DNA of 64,000 bases from Octopus bimaculoides (Eukaryota): assembly GCF_001194135.2 (NCBI RefSeq), contig NC_068992.1, positions 7,029,900 through 7,093,899 on the forward strand, given 5' to 3'. A program made the translations under genes and the position numbers. This document shows, piece by piece, positions 28,151 to 40,472 of this stretch (positions within the stretch are counted from its first letter, which is position 1; every line of letters begins with the position of its first letter). Below the pieces are notes generated by a model that worked only from the letters and a program-made list of their open reading frames with translations, was not told the DNA's origin and searched no databases.

Positions 28151-30291
28151 TTATTTATGACATTTAGATTGATATCAAGAGCTGTTTAAATATTTCATAA
28201 TCTTTTTATTGACTGTCTTGTAGATTTTTTGTTTGTTTTTTAAATCAAACCCTTTGATTTGTGGTTACAAACTGTCTAGGAGTCATATGGTCTTTTGATG
28301 GCTATGCTATGTTCTTAGGTTCCATTTGGGAAAAATACAACATTTGAGGATCACAGAAATTTTAAGGAGATGAAGTATACGTATACTATCACTTATAATG
28401 TAACTCCCATATTTCATTTTTTGTGTTATTTTGAACAGCATAAATATTGAACATTACATTAGCTGTATGTTATTGTATTTCCCACTTTTTGTTGAATCTG
28501 GTTTTATAGCCAGGTATTGAAAACTTTGCTAGCCCACATCAGTTTGCATAGACTCACCCTGTACAAAACGTCCCACATAAGATTATTTTTTATTTCTATG
28601 TATTTTTCAATTTCTAAGTTCTTTTTGTGTGTGTGTGTATGTGTGTGTGTTTTTGTTCTTGTTTTTTTTTTTTTCGTAAATATAGAGTACATATTATTAA
28701 TGTTAATATTTGGCAGAACTGATAGCTTATTCTCCTAGAGCACATTTATGTCTTTATATGATTTTGCTTGCTAATACACAATTTTGTCTGCATAGAAATG
28801 GTTGTTTTTGTAAGCTATTAGAAGCACTTCCTTTTTATATGATACAGCTGCAATTAATAACCATTGCAAATATTAAAATGCTTTCTCTTTCAGCTAATAG
28901 CATCTATAAAATGGGTACAGAAGGAAATTAGGTTCAGAAAGGGGACCATGAATGAAAACAAGAAAGAAATGATGAAAATCATTGCTCTAGACAGGCAATA
29001 AAATTTAAAAGCAACAAATAACGAAAGAACAATGACACTTTTTTTTTTTTTTTTATCTTTTAAGACCATTAGGTTGGATAATTTTTTTGTTATCCAACCT
29101 AAATCTATGATATGCAAATGGAAAGAAGGTATTTTAAATTTTAAGTAATATTCTGAATCTTTGAAAAGAAAAAATTATTTGGGATATCTGAAATACTTTG
29201 AAATTTCACTGTAAAACCATTGGAAGAATATTTCATATTTTTGGATCCTACTTGTTCGAGGTTGACCTGTGGCTAAACAACAACAACAATCTACATACTA
29301 AACCAAATGTAAAGATGGGCCATTCAGAGCTAGGTGACTTGGTCATAAACGAAGCACATTGCCAGTGACCGCTATTAGTCAATCTGAGGCTATGACAGAA
29401 GGCTGTGTGGTTGAGAAGCAATCTTCCATAGCAAAGCAACAAGTCTGCAGTCATGTGATTTATATAATGATACTGATGGCATTCCTTGAAATCTTAATAG
29501 AATTAACAATTGTTAGTTACTTGAAATTATCATGATCCTAAATTTCAAGTATATGTGGTGAAAATTGTTTCTTGGTATAAAATGTGCTTTTAAAGTTGTA
29601 AACCATGAAATTACGATTATTATACAGACTATTAACATTGTTTTTAGAGTGTATATTTACAGTTTTTATATTTGCTCTACATTTTGATCAGTTTAACCTC
29701 TGATAATTGTCAAGTGTTATTTTTAGTTCCAAGTTTGTATTCTGAGTTCATTGAGATATAAAAATCTCCAGGAATAACACATCCAATGATGATAGGAGAT
29801 CAAGCCAATCAAAATAGAGTGTATGTATAAATGTTGTAAAGATTAGGTTAATAGTCCAGAAAAATTTAATCTTATTAACATCAACTAATCCCAAGCATTT
29901 AGACATTTAGTAAGCCATTACGATAAAATTTAATGCTACACATTTTACATAGTTTCTAAAATATTCCATACATTATTCTATAATCCTTCATAATCTCATT
30001 ATTTTACTGAATTTCAGAATATTGAATATGACTTTATTTTTATATTCTATATTAAATATCTAGAAAAGCTCTTTTCCATTTTATTGAAAGTATAAATTTC
30101 ATTCAGAAATAGCCAGATTTTTGTAGGGAGTTTTTTACTCATTATTTCAAGGACTAGCTAAATCCCAGTTACCTTCATCTTCTTTGATTTATATTTTTCT
30201 TGTAGCTTCTTTTATTGTGTGAGCTAAATTGATCCAGGTATGATTTGAACAAAGGACTACAAGTTCAGGGATTATGTGAATCAATTTTATA

Positions 30292-30470
30292 TACCGTAAA
30301 TCCTCGAGTATAGTCCGCCCTTGAGTATAATTAGCAGGGGATTTTTAGGGGGCTGTACCTCTGAAAAACCTAAACCTTGTGTATAATACGCACTCCTTCT
30401 CTAAATTGAGTCAAGGAGGTCTATATAACGTCCTTGGTTTGTAAACATATGCGGTAACGTCCTTTATTAT
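30292..30470. mobile_element. Solo end of a pogo/Tigger-type (Tc1/mariner superfamily) DNA transposon
   Basis: TA + ccgtaaatcctcgagtatagtccgcccttgagtataa, a typical pogo-like terminus with repeated gagtata subterminal motif. No partner TIR found. Confidence 0.55.
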
Positions 30471-30557
30471 TATTGTATATATAACATAATGCAAACGTGT
30501 ACATATATATATATACACACATATATATATATATATATATGTATATGCATATATATG

Positions 30558-30606
<49 letters not shown>

Positions 30607-30637
30607 GTACATGTATATGTATGTGAAAGTCTATATA

Positions 30638-30669
<32 letters not shown>

Positions 30670-31821
30670 GTGTCACAATTGCCTGACAAACGGGAACATG
30701 AAACTCTGAGTAGTAGATTTTTGTGATGTCTTTGCAGCTTTAATAAAAAAAGCATATTACTCTACCTCCAGTATTCAAGTACAATTTTTTTACCACCTTG
30801 CTCTCTCAGATGTCTAGGATTACATAAAACTGTCATTCTTGTTTTCAAGACAGAAAAGTGTGATTTAGCTGTTATTTCTAACAGGCTAAGCAAGCATGCG
30901 GATTCTTCCTTAGTACAGTAGTAGTTGCAGTTGGTGCTAAGCTTAAGGTAAATTTTGATCTCACAGACTTTATATCAGAAATATTCCAGCCATTATGATC
31001 CTGTTTTTTTTTGTTTTTTTTTGGAGGGGTGTGTCTTTTGTTCTTTTTTGCAGGCAAGTGTATTTAAAGTTATATTATCCAGTGTGTCCTTCATTTTTCT
31101 TGTGATGGTAGGGAGACTTTGCTTGTTATTTCATGTACGTAGAATGACCACAGATAAACTTCCATATTAGCTTTAGTTGGATCAGTTACTAATATGCCTG
31201 GAGTTTTAGTATTAACACAATAAAAATATATTGTTGAAATAAATATATTAATTAGAAACATCTTAACATGTACAATTGAAATTTTGAATTAATTATTTTC
31301 ATATTTTGTTGTTGTTGTTGTTTTTAATAATGATAATATCATAGAAATAATACATCTTTCATACAATTTCAAAATGTCTGTTAGCAATTGTGAAGAATTG
31401 TTTTGAAACAATTGTGGGAGAATTGAATGGTGTATTACTTTTTATAATCCTTTAATATTTCCAGCAAAATTTCTAGTTTTTCTTTATTGAATGCTTGTTC
31501 AAATAATCAACGTACAAAAGAAAAAAAAAGTGAAAGCAAAATTTGAAACATTTGAGAATTATTCTGAACTTGCGAAAGGAAATTTTAATAAAGACCAAGG
31601 GGGAAAAAAATACATTTACAAAAATACATATCAAAATACATTTTACATCTTTCAAAAATTTCTTTTGATTTCACCATATCACTTATGTATATATATTTAT
31701 ATATTTTTAGTTGTAATAGAAAACAAGGCTTCATTTATTGAGTACGGTATTGTTTAAATGGTTTGAGACAAAAGCAAAACTGTTATAAGCCTTCCATTTG
31801 AATTCTCATTTGTCTATTGTC

Positions 31822-31960
31822 TGAAACATTAGGAAACTCTATTATAAACAACCATTGATGGTTGTTTATAATGCTATATGGAACATTATAAAACTACATT
31901 ATAAACACTCATTGATGATTGATTGTTTATAATGAGGTTTGAAACATGAGAAAAACACAT
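31822..31960. repeat. Tandem ~60-bp units, each containing a hairpin
   Basis: Perfect 15-bp inverted repeat 31841-31872, second copy 31897-31934, truncated third unit. Confidence 0.75.
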
Positions 31961-34090
31961 TATATAAAAAAAAATAGAAATCATTATATAAGTGTCAATT
32001 TATTTGCTATTATTAAAAAAATATATATTTCCTAAAGATTTTATCCATCACTTGTTAATGCAACATTTCCAGAATTTCTATTGCTGATGGCTTTAGAAAT
32101 GTTTAACACTGACTTTTCCATAAAATTGTCTTTATTATCCAGTTTTCATTTTATGGCCATTTTAATAGTACTCGTTGGGGTTGGATAAGTTTGTAAAGTT
32201 AGAAATTGGTTTATATAACCATATATAAGTAACCAACAAACCTTGTCTATAATATATATGGACCTGGTTAGAAAGTGAGTCAGGTATTTTATTTTCATAT
32301 ATCATTTCAACTGAGACAAGTTGAGTAAAATGATTTCAAATGACTTGCCATTGTCAAATTAATATAGGATTACACATAACACAAATAGAATTCAGAGATG
32401 CTAACAGTTCAGTTGACATAACCAATGGATGGTGAATGCAGGAAAAACATTCAACCACACACTTTTATGTCTGACTGATCCCAAACATTTAAGAAAATGT
32501 TAGCAAATTGTGATACTTGTTCTAGCTCTGCATTGTGGGTTCAAATCCAACTAAGGTCAACTTTTGCTTTCATCCTTCAATGGCCAATAAAATAAAATAT
32601 CAGAATTACAAGAAAACTCACCAACAAGCAATGTGTTATTTATGCTATATGCCTTAACTTCCTGAGTAATTAGATGTCAAGAATGTGTTTGTCTGTAGCC
32701 AACAAAATTTGTCTTGTATATATACCAAAAGAAAAAGGCAATGGTAAACATTTTTCTATCCTCTTTTCCTACAAAGATGTTATAGTATGCATATAACATT
32801 TCTCAAGGAAAATGTTTGTCAACTTGAGGATGCAAGGAAGAAAGGATGGCTTCATGTTCAAAATACCAAATAGCTATCTTTTGGCCTCAAATTTCAATTA
32901 ACAATTTAAATGAAACCAAATGCTTTCTTTGAATGTAAATCAAATAAAGTGATAGTCTGACTGAATATTATAGGAACAGGCTGAACTGGATGCTACAATT
33001 TCAGTGCAGGCATAGGAATGTGTCAACTTCAGCATTTGATCCTCAGAAGAGGAGAGGTTAGTAAAAAAAAAGGTTAACTTGCTATCTTCAATTTGATTTT
33101 CATGGTTATCTTCACCTATGATGACAAAATATTGGGTAATGACTAAAAGAATGTGACTTTAAATACAAGCAGTCAAAGTAAGGTTTCTCTGAGAGATCTC
33201 TGAAGTAACATTACTCAACAAAGTGCATAGCTTGAAAATCAAGAGTCTCTCCAGGTCAAGCTGCTATTTCAGTTAAGGGCTATAGTAGAAGACACTTGTC
33301 CAAGATAGTATGCAGTGGGACTGAACTCAAAACCCAATGGTTGTAAAGTGAGCTTCTTGACTTACACAGCTATGTCTGATAATTTTCTTTGTTTTTCTTT
33401 TTTTGCACTGTTTTTTATTAGTTTTTGGGTTTTTTTTTTTCTTTTACAACTAGATCAGCTCTGATTGCTCAGAGCTATGATAAAAGGTATTCCAACAATG
33501 GCTACCCCTGCATCTTCAGATATAAGTTAATATCAGATTATCAACCATATTTTTCTTATTAGATTTAAACAAGGCATGAATGCACATGCACACATGTGCT
33601 CATACACCCCCCCCCCCACACACACACATATAGATATGCAGTCCTCAATTTGCATCTATTTTTCAAATCTTGCATTGACTGGACACATAGTCTCTCCCAC
33701 ATAGTGTCCTGTCACTTGTTGCATTCAGGGCCCATGGACTCACTACCATCAAGCATCACATTTTGTTCACAAACATTACACAGTCTACACTTCTTTGCTC
33801 ACAGAGAGTGAATCATCTTGTTTTCAGCCTTTCCTACCCATTTTTTTTATCCAGTTGCTTTGCCATCCAAACTCACATAAATTCACTTCAAACTGATCAG
33901 CAATATTTTATGGAAGTTATGTATTAGTAAAAAGAAGGCATCAAGAAATCATTTTTTTTAAATCCTGTCATATTTTTAAGGAATAAATCCTAGATATTTT
34001 AGTACTTCTTATATTACCATCTCCCTGTTTCTGTCAGACAGTATTCTTTGTTTAAACTACAAAATTTTGCAAATGCCACAAGGTATTAAA

Positions 34091-34207
34091 TTTATTATTT
34101 TTCCTTCTTTTTCAGGTAAGTTTTCTCCATACTTCAAAACGTATATGGGTCCCGCTGAGAATGTAATACATACTACTACAATAACTTCACAAATATGAAA
34201 AGTAAGT
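34091..34207 (+). promoter_or_regulatory. Candidate recursive splice site (AG|GTAAGT) with 86-nt cryptic exon 34116-34201
   Basis: tttattatttttccttctttttcag|gtaagt at 34115/34116, 31-nt AG-free zone upstream, second GTAAGT at 34202. Confidence 0.55.
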
Positions 34208-34304
34208 CCAAGATAAAAAAAAAATTCTCTCATAAAAATTATCGTTTTGATTTGTGTTTTTTTTTTTTTTTGCTTTTTTTCATTATTTAAAAAATTTCTT
34301 ACCA

Positions 34305-34545
34305 GAGTGTTGAATCAGAGTGTAAACAAACCCACATTGGTTGTCAAGCGATGGTGAGGAGACAAAAGACACATACACACACACATACATGACAGGCTTC
34401 TTTCAGTTTCCATCTACCAAATTCATTCACAAGGCTTTGGTCAACCCAGTGCTATAGAAGACATTTGCCCAAAATACCAAACTGTGGTACTGAACCAAGA
34501 AACATGTAGCTGGGAAGCAAACTTCTTACCACACAGCCACACTTA
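34305..34545 (-). mobile_element. SINE family A copy
   Basis: ttggttgtcaagcgatggtg...ggcttctttcagtttccatctaccaaattcattcacaaggctttggtcaaccc...cttaccacacagccac. Confidence 0.85.
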
Positions 34546-37354
34546 TATATTATTTGCATATATGCATGCTTGTGTATGCACATGTGTATGCATGTGCATG
34601 AGTGTGTAAGGTAGAGAAGTTATTAGAGTGCTGGAAAAAATACTTTGTAGTATGTTTCGTCTCTTTGTACATTGAGTTCAAATCTCACCAAAGTCAACTT
34701 AATCTTTCATCCTTTTGGGGTGAGTAAAAAAGAACCATTCCAGTATGGTGGATTAGCAGAATTGTTAGAGCATTAGACAGAATGTCTTGCCATAGCTGTT
34801 CAGGCGCTGTACTTTCTGAGTTCAAATCCCAACCTGTTACTGAAAAGCAACAACATTTCTGCCACTAGCTGTGAGACATAGTATATGCAGCTTGAAAAAC
34901 CCCTGAAAACAGATTCTTTGATCAGTATAGAAGATCGACTACCACCACCACCACATAGTCATGTATATGTATACACCTATGTGTGATAGTGTGTGTGTAT
35001 TCACAAAAGATGATTTGCTTCATCTAGACTTCAACTTTCTTGTTTGCATGTATTCATTCAGGCTATAAAAAGATGACTGGATTGGTCAGGATTTAGATTA
35101 TGGTCACTGAACTTCTTTTCATTGATCAACTTCGATCAGCTGACAGTGATGAGAATGCTGGAGTGCCATGCATGATTTGAAAATATTATCTGACAAAAGT
35201 TGACCAAATAAGAAAGGTGGTGACAGAGTTCCAAACCTCAAACTATTCTATTCATCTCTTTGTTGCATGAACAAACACAGAATTGAGAAATTCAAAGTAA
35301 CAATGGCTTGAATCATCAGCTTTGAATAAATTAATAGAATCTACCATAGATATTTGAGTACTTTTCTCCCTGTTTGCACTCCCAGACAAGTATGTATATG
35401 TGTATGTCCACATGCACATATGTGTATAACAGTATGTTGTAGCAAGACACATAATGAAACTAACAATGCAAATCTTAATTCTCTAATCAAAGCATTTATT
35501 CACTGAGAGTGCTCTACAGCTAATTAAAAAATTAGTTTGGTCTATAATCACTGTCAATGCAAGATAAATGAATGGATAAAATTAATCTAAAAGTGTACTT
35601 ATGTGAAGATATATTTATATTTATCTTACGGTAATATTCTGTATCTAAATGTTTCTGGCATACAAGTTGAAATAGTATATACTGTAAACATGTAAATCAA
35701 GCATACAAACATCATCACTATCTTTCTAAAACCTGTGGTGTTTCACATAGTGTATGAATCAACCTACATTTTGGCTATAAATTTGGGTCTGAAAAATTCA
35801 ACTTGTATATTAAAAAATATAGTATTTATCCAGTGTAAAAGAGATAGGCTCCCCGGAGGCCTTGCTATGGACAGCAATTGGCCATTCAAAGTAGAATATA
35901 CTTGGATCAAAATGTTTAAGGGGAACAAAGTGAATGTAATCATATATACTCCCAAAAAATATATACCCACAAAAGAATATATACCTCCAAAAGAATATAT
36001 ACCCCCAATAGCTATATCGAGGTTGACCTGTGGCTAAACAACAACAACAATCTACATACTAAATCAAATGTAAAGATGGGCCATTCAGAGCTAGGTAACT
36101 TGGTCATAAACGAAGCACATTGCCAGTGACAGCAAGACAAACAAATTTCAAATTCTTTAACCATTTGTCTGGTACCCTATTAATTCACAGACAGCTATTT
36201 CTTCTTTAGTTTCTTTCTCTCACTCTTTCACTTTCTCTCTTTTTTTTTTCTTGCTTTTCCTAAAATATATAGCAAAGCCTGAATTATATTTCCCAAGTGA
36301 CGCTAATATAAACTTCACTTTAACAGATGAAATAGACTGTTTAGAAAATCTGAAATTTTATATTTTTACACTTCATCTGTTCATGGCCTGACTTGATCTA
36401 TCATTTGATCAATCATTTATAAATCACATATACAATGGAAACTTTAAAGCAAAAATAGAATAAAAGTATTTTATCTGTAATAGCAATATCATTTTTATTC
36501 ATATCTTTGTGTTGAGGCAGAATAATGAAACGAGATTTAGATAGATGTAACTCTTTCTTTTGTTCAATTGACAGTTGTTTAAACTGGTGGGGTCACTAGT
36601 AAAAAACGTGTTCATAGACAAAGCACGAAATATGTATATATATATATGTGTGTGTATATGTATATATGTATATACATATGTGTGTGTGTGTGTGTGTATA
36701 AAACGTGTGTATATATACACACATACATGTATATGTATGTATTCTCTTATATTATCATTTTACTAATTTCAAGAACTGGACTGAAGCTATGCAGGGACAC
36801 TATTATAAAGGGGTTTATTTGATTATATCAGCCTCAGTAATTTGACTAGTATATAATTCAGTCACCTTGTATGCTACAACAGCAAAGTTAACCTAGGTAT
36901 AAAAAAATGTAACTAATGCAAAACTAAATAAAAGGTATTTTTTGTTTAATAATCAGGTTCTGACATATATCACCAACACACACACACATATGCACACCTA
37001 CATGCACACACATGCATGTGCACATTCACACACACAAATAATGCATACTAACATGTACAACGGGATCTGCTATGATAGAAAACATTTGCTCCAAGTTGAT
37101 GGTGAAGCAAACTTCTTGACCTCATAACCATGCTTGCAGGTATATGAATCTAATAAACACATGCAGTCGTTTGGTTCCTCCAACCTCATACAAATAGGCT
37201 GCTAGTAGTGGTTTCTGTGGTGAGTAAGTCTTTTTATGAGGTGCCAGTCTTAAGCCCAACCTTCCTCTTTCTTTACCCTGGCTCAGAACAGGTTACAGCT
37301 AATACACACATACATTGATTCATATGTATATATATATCTATATATGTGTGTGTT

Positions 37355-37515
37355 ATGTGCAGACATGGCTCATGGATATGAAGCTCAATTTGTAGTCACA
37401 TGATTTTGGGTTCTATTCCACTGCATGTCACTCTGTATGTTTTCCACTATAGCCTTAAACTGACCTATTCCTTGTTAGTGGAATTGGCAGATGGAAACAG
37501 TATGAAAGCCCATCT
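37355..37515 (+). mobile_element. SINE family A 5' part (decayed)
   Basis: cacatgattttgggttctattccactgc...ccactatagcc...ttagtggaattggcagatggaaac. Confidence 0.65.
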
Positions 37516-37523
37516 CACGTGCA

Positions 37524-38216
37524 CTAAGCAATTAGAGCAAGGTCATTAGCATAGAGAAGCTCCCAGGGGCATCCTGTCTTGAATTCCTCTGTTATTGCCT
37601 GGAGGACTATGATGAATAAGAGGGGGCTGAGGACTGATCCTTGGTGGACCCCTACCCCTACCAGGAATTCTTCACTATACTCGTTGCCAACCCTCACCTT
37701 ACTAACAGCATCCCTGTACATGACTTGTACAGCTTTTACCAACCACTCATCTATCCCTAGTTTCTTCATTGACCACCAGATAAGGGATTGGGGGACCCTG
37801 TCAAAGGCTTTCCCCATGTCAACGAAAGCCAGGTACAGACGTTTATCTTTGGCTAGGTATTTTTCTTGCAGCTGTCTTACCAGAAAAATAGCATCAGTGG
37901 TGCTTTCCCCTGGCACAAACCCAAACTGCATCTCATCTAAACTGACTCTTTCCCTAATTAGTTGGGCTATGACCCTCTCCATGACTTCCATTACCTGATC
38001 CAACAACTTGATACCTCTGTAATTATTTGTATCTAAAGCGTCACCTTTACCTTTGTAACAGTTGACTATGGTGCTGCTACTTTAGTCATTGGGTATGACT
38101 CCTTCATGTATCACCTGATACAGGTGACTAGACTATAGTTGATACCGCCAGATATTTTAAGCATCTCTGCGGTGATTCCTGATGGGCCTGGGGCTCTCCC
38201 TGTCTTCATATCCTTA
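37524..38216 (-). pseudogene. RTE-clade LINE reverse transcriptase fragment
   Basis: KTGRAPGPSGITAEMLK, YKGKGDALDTNNYRGIKLL, QFGFVPGESTTDAIF, AFVDMGKAFDRVP, GVHQGSVLSPLLF, LLYANDLALIA (YADD motif mutated to YAND, then stop). Confidence 0.95.
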
Positions 38217-39176
38217 GGTACTGTCAATTCGGATAACAAATATATATACACACACATAAACACATGCAAGGTGTGTGTATTGTTTGTTCGTCAGGTAGCT
38301 GCGTTTGTTTTAGATGTAAGAGAATATATTCTCAATGCCCTTGAATACAGCATGGCTGTATGATTGAAAAATTCACTTCCCAACCACATAATTTCTGATT
38401 CACTCCTATTGCACAGCAACTTGGGCAAGTGAAATCTGTTACAGATTCAGGCTGACCAAGCTTTGTGAGCGAATATGTTAGACGGAAACAGGAAGAAGAC
38501 CGTAGTGTGTGTGTGTGTGTGTGTGCATGCGTGCGTGCGTGCGAGTGTGTGTGCATGCGTGTGTATCTCTGTTTTTATATCTGAAAATGCTTGCACAAAA
38601 GTTCGGCAGACATTGATGTCTGTTTCTCCTGTCAAGAAATCATCTAGGCACTTTGTGATTTTGATGCCATGTGGAATAAGTGATCCTGTCAGATGGACTG
38701 TGATAGCAATTCAAAGGTCCAGCCTTGTCACTCTGTTGTCATGTAGATTACATTAAGGTTACATGATTCTATAGAATACTCAGTCAATATGCATGCCATT
38801 TCATCGAGTATATAATTCATCTGATTGAACCTCTGGACACTCATACATCAATCTTGCTGAGAGAGTCCACTTTATGTGTGTGTATGGACCCACACACACA
38901 CACGCATACATACGTGTGTGTGCATGTGTATGTGTGTGTGTGTGTGTGTATACGTACACACAAACAGAGTTATTAGTGAGGGATTATCAATTCAGGCAAA
39001 ATACTTCATAAGCTCTGTTAGTACACCAGGATAACAATATTGTTTAGATTAGTAAAGAACTCTGTGTATTTTTATGACAGGGTCTGAGGTTATAGTTCAT
39101 CACCATTCTGTTGTTTTCCAGTTATACTGTTTTTTTAAACTCAGAGTTACATACATGTATGTATCGGTGTGAGTGT

Positions 39177-39209
<33 letters not shown>

Positions 39210-39427
39210 CACAAACATATTCATTATTGGTGACAAAAGCAGTGTTAATTCAAAATAAGTTTCTGTTTATCATACTTAATGCAAGTATTATGTTCAAGGC
39301 CTTGAAACCTCGAGAAAGCATCTCATATAGATGTATGCTTTTTAGCTCTAGACATTTATATGAGATACTTTCTCATGACAAATGCCCCAGCTTCAAAGAT
39401 CTCAACAGCATTAAATATGATATACAG

Positions 39428-39832
39428 CATCATCATCATCATCATCATCATCGTTTAACGTCCGCTTTCCATGCTAGCATGGGTTGGACGATTTGACTGA
39501 GGACTGGTGAAACCGGATGGCAACACCAGGCTCCAGTCCGATTTGGCAGAGTTTCTACAGCTGGATGCCCTTCCTAACGCCAACCACTCAGAGAGTGTAG
39601 TGGGTGCTTTTACGTGTCACCCGCACGAAAACGGCCACGCTCGAAATGGTGTCTTTTATGTGCCACCCGCACAAGCCAGTCCAGGGGCACTGGCAACGAT
39701 CTCGCTCGAAAATCCTACAGGAGCCAGTCAGGCGGTACTGGCAACGGCCACGCTCAAAATGGTGCATCTCATGTGCCACCCGCACAAGAACCAGTCCAGG
39801 GGCACTGGCAACGATCTTACAGCATGCCGTTT
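39428..39832 (-). mobile_element. Young RTE LINE 3' UTR with (GAT)n tail
   Basis: CpG-rich. Contains the conserved ggttggcgttaggaagggcatccagctgtagaaa motif (minus strand) and an internal ~74-bp duplication (39630-39702 / 39743-39817). Confidence 0.85.
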
Positions 39833-39879
<47 letters not shown>

Positions 39880-40380
39880 GAGAGAGATACATACATGTGT
39901 GTGTATGTACATGTAACACTAAATTTTCTTGTTTTAATCTTATGCTTATCTTTTTAACTATCTTGCTTATAATATTACATTTGGCAATCTCAAAGGAAGT
40001 TTTGTTGCCTTTTTTTTTTCCTCTAGTATTTAACAGTTGAAATGTTTCTAGTTTATTTTTTAGTATTTCCCAGTTATTAGGATTTGCAACTCCAAAATAG
40101 ATCAAAGAATCTCTTTCCTGAAATATGTACTTTTGTTTGTTGAAATCAATTAATATTTTTCCTTAGGTTATTTACGAATGCAAAATATATGCAGGAAATG
40201 CATACACACATACTTACTTATGTGTGTATGATAATTTTCAGAGTCCTTAGAACATTAGATAAACAACATTGTGCTATTTATTCTAATTGCCTACCTACCC
40301 AAGTTCAAATCTCACTGATGTTCACTTTGTCTTTCATGCTTTCAAGGTTAATAAAATGTCCTAATATAGTGCTAGTACAC

Positions 40381-40472
<92 letters not shown>

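Noticed and set aside
31822-31960. CRISPR-like or pre-miRNA interpretation of the hairpin array
   Set aside because: Eukaryotic context, no cas genes, spacers are themselves related, and stems are too short for a canonical pre-miRNA.
32973-33062. Possible + strand exon ending GAG|GTTAGT with one open frame
   Set aside because: Acceptor lacks a polypyrimidine tract and the peptide is unrecognisable; it cannot be supported without RNA data.
39507-40040. 177-aa ORF
   Set aside because: Antisense read-through of an RTE 3' UTR plus microsatellite.
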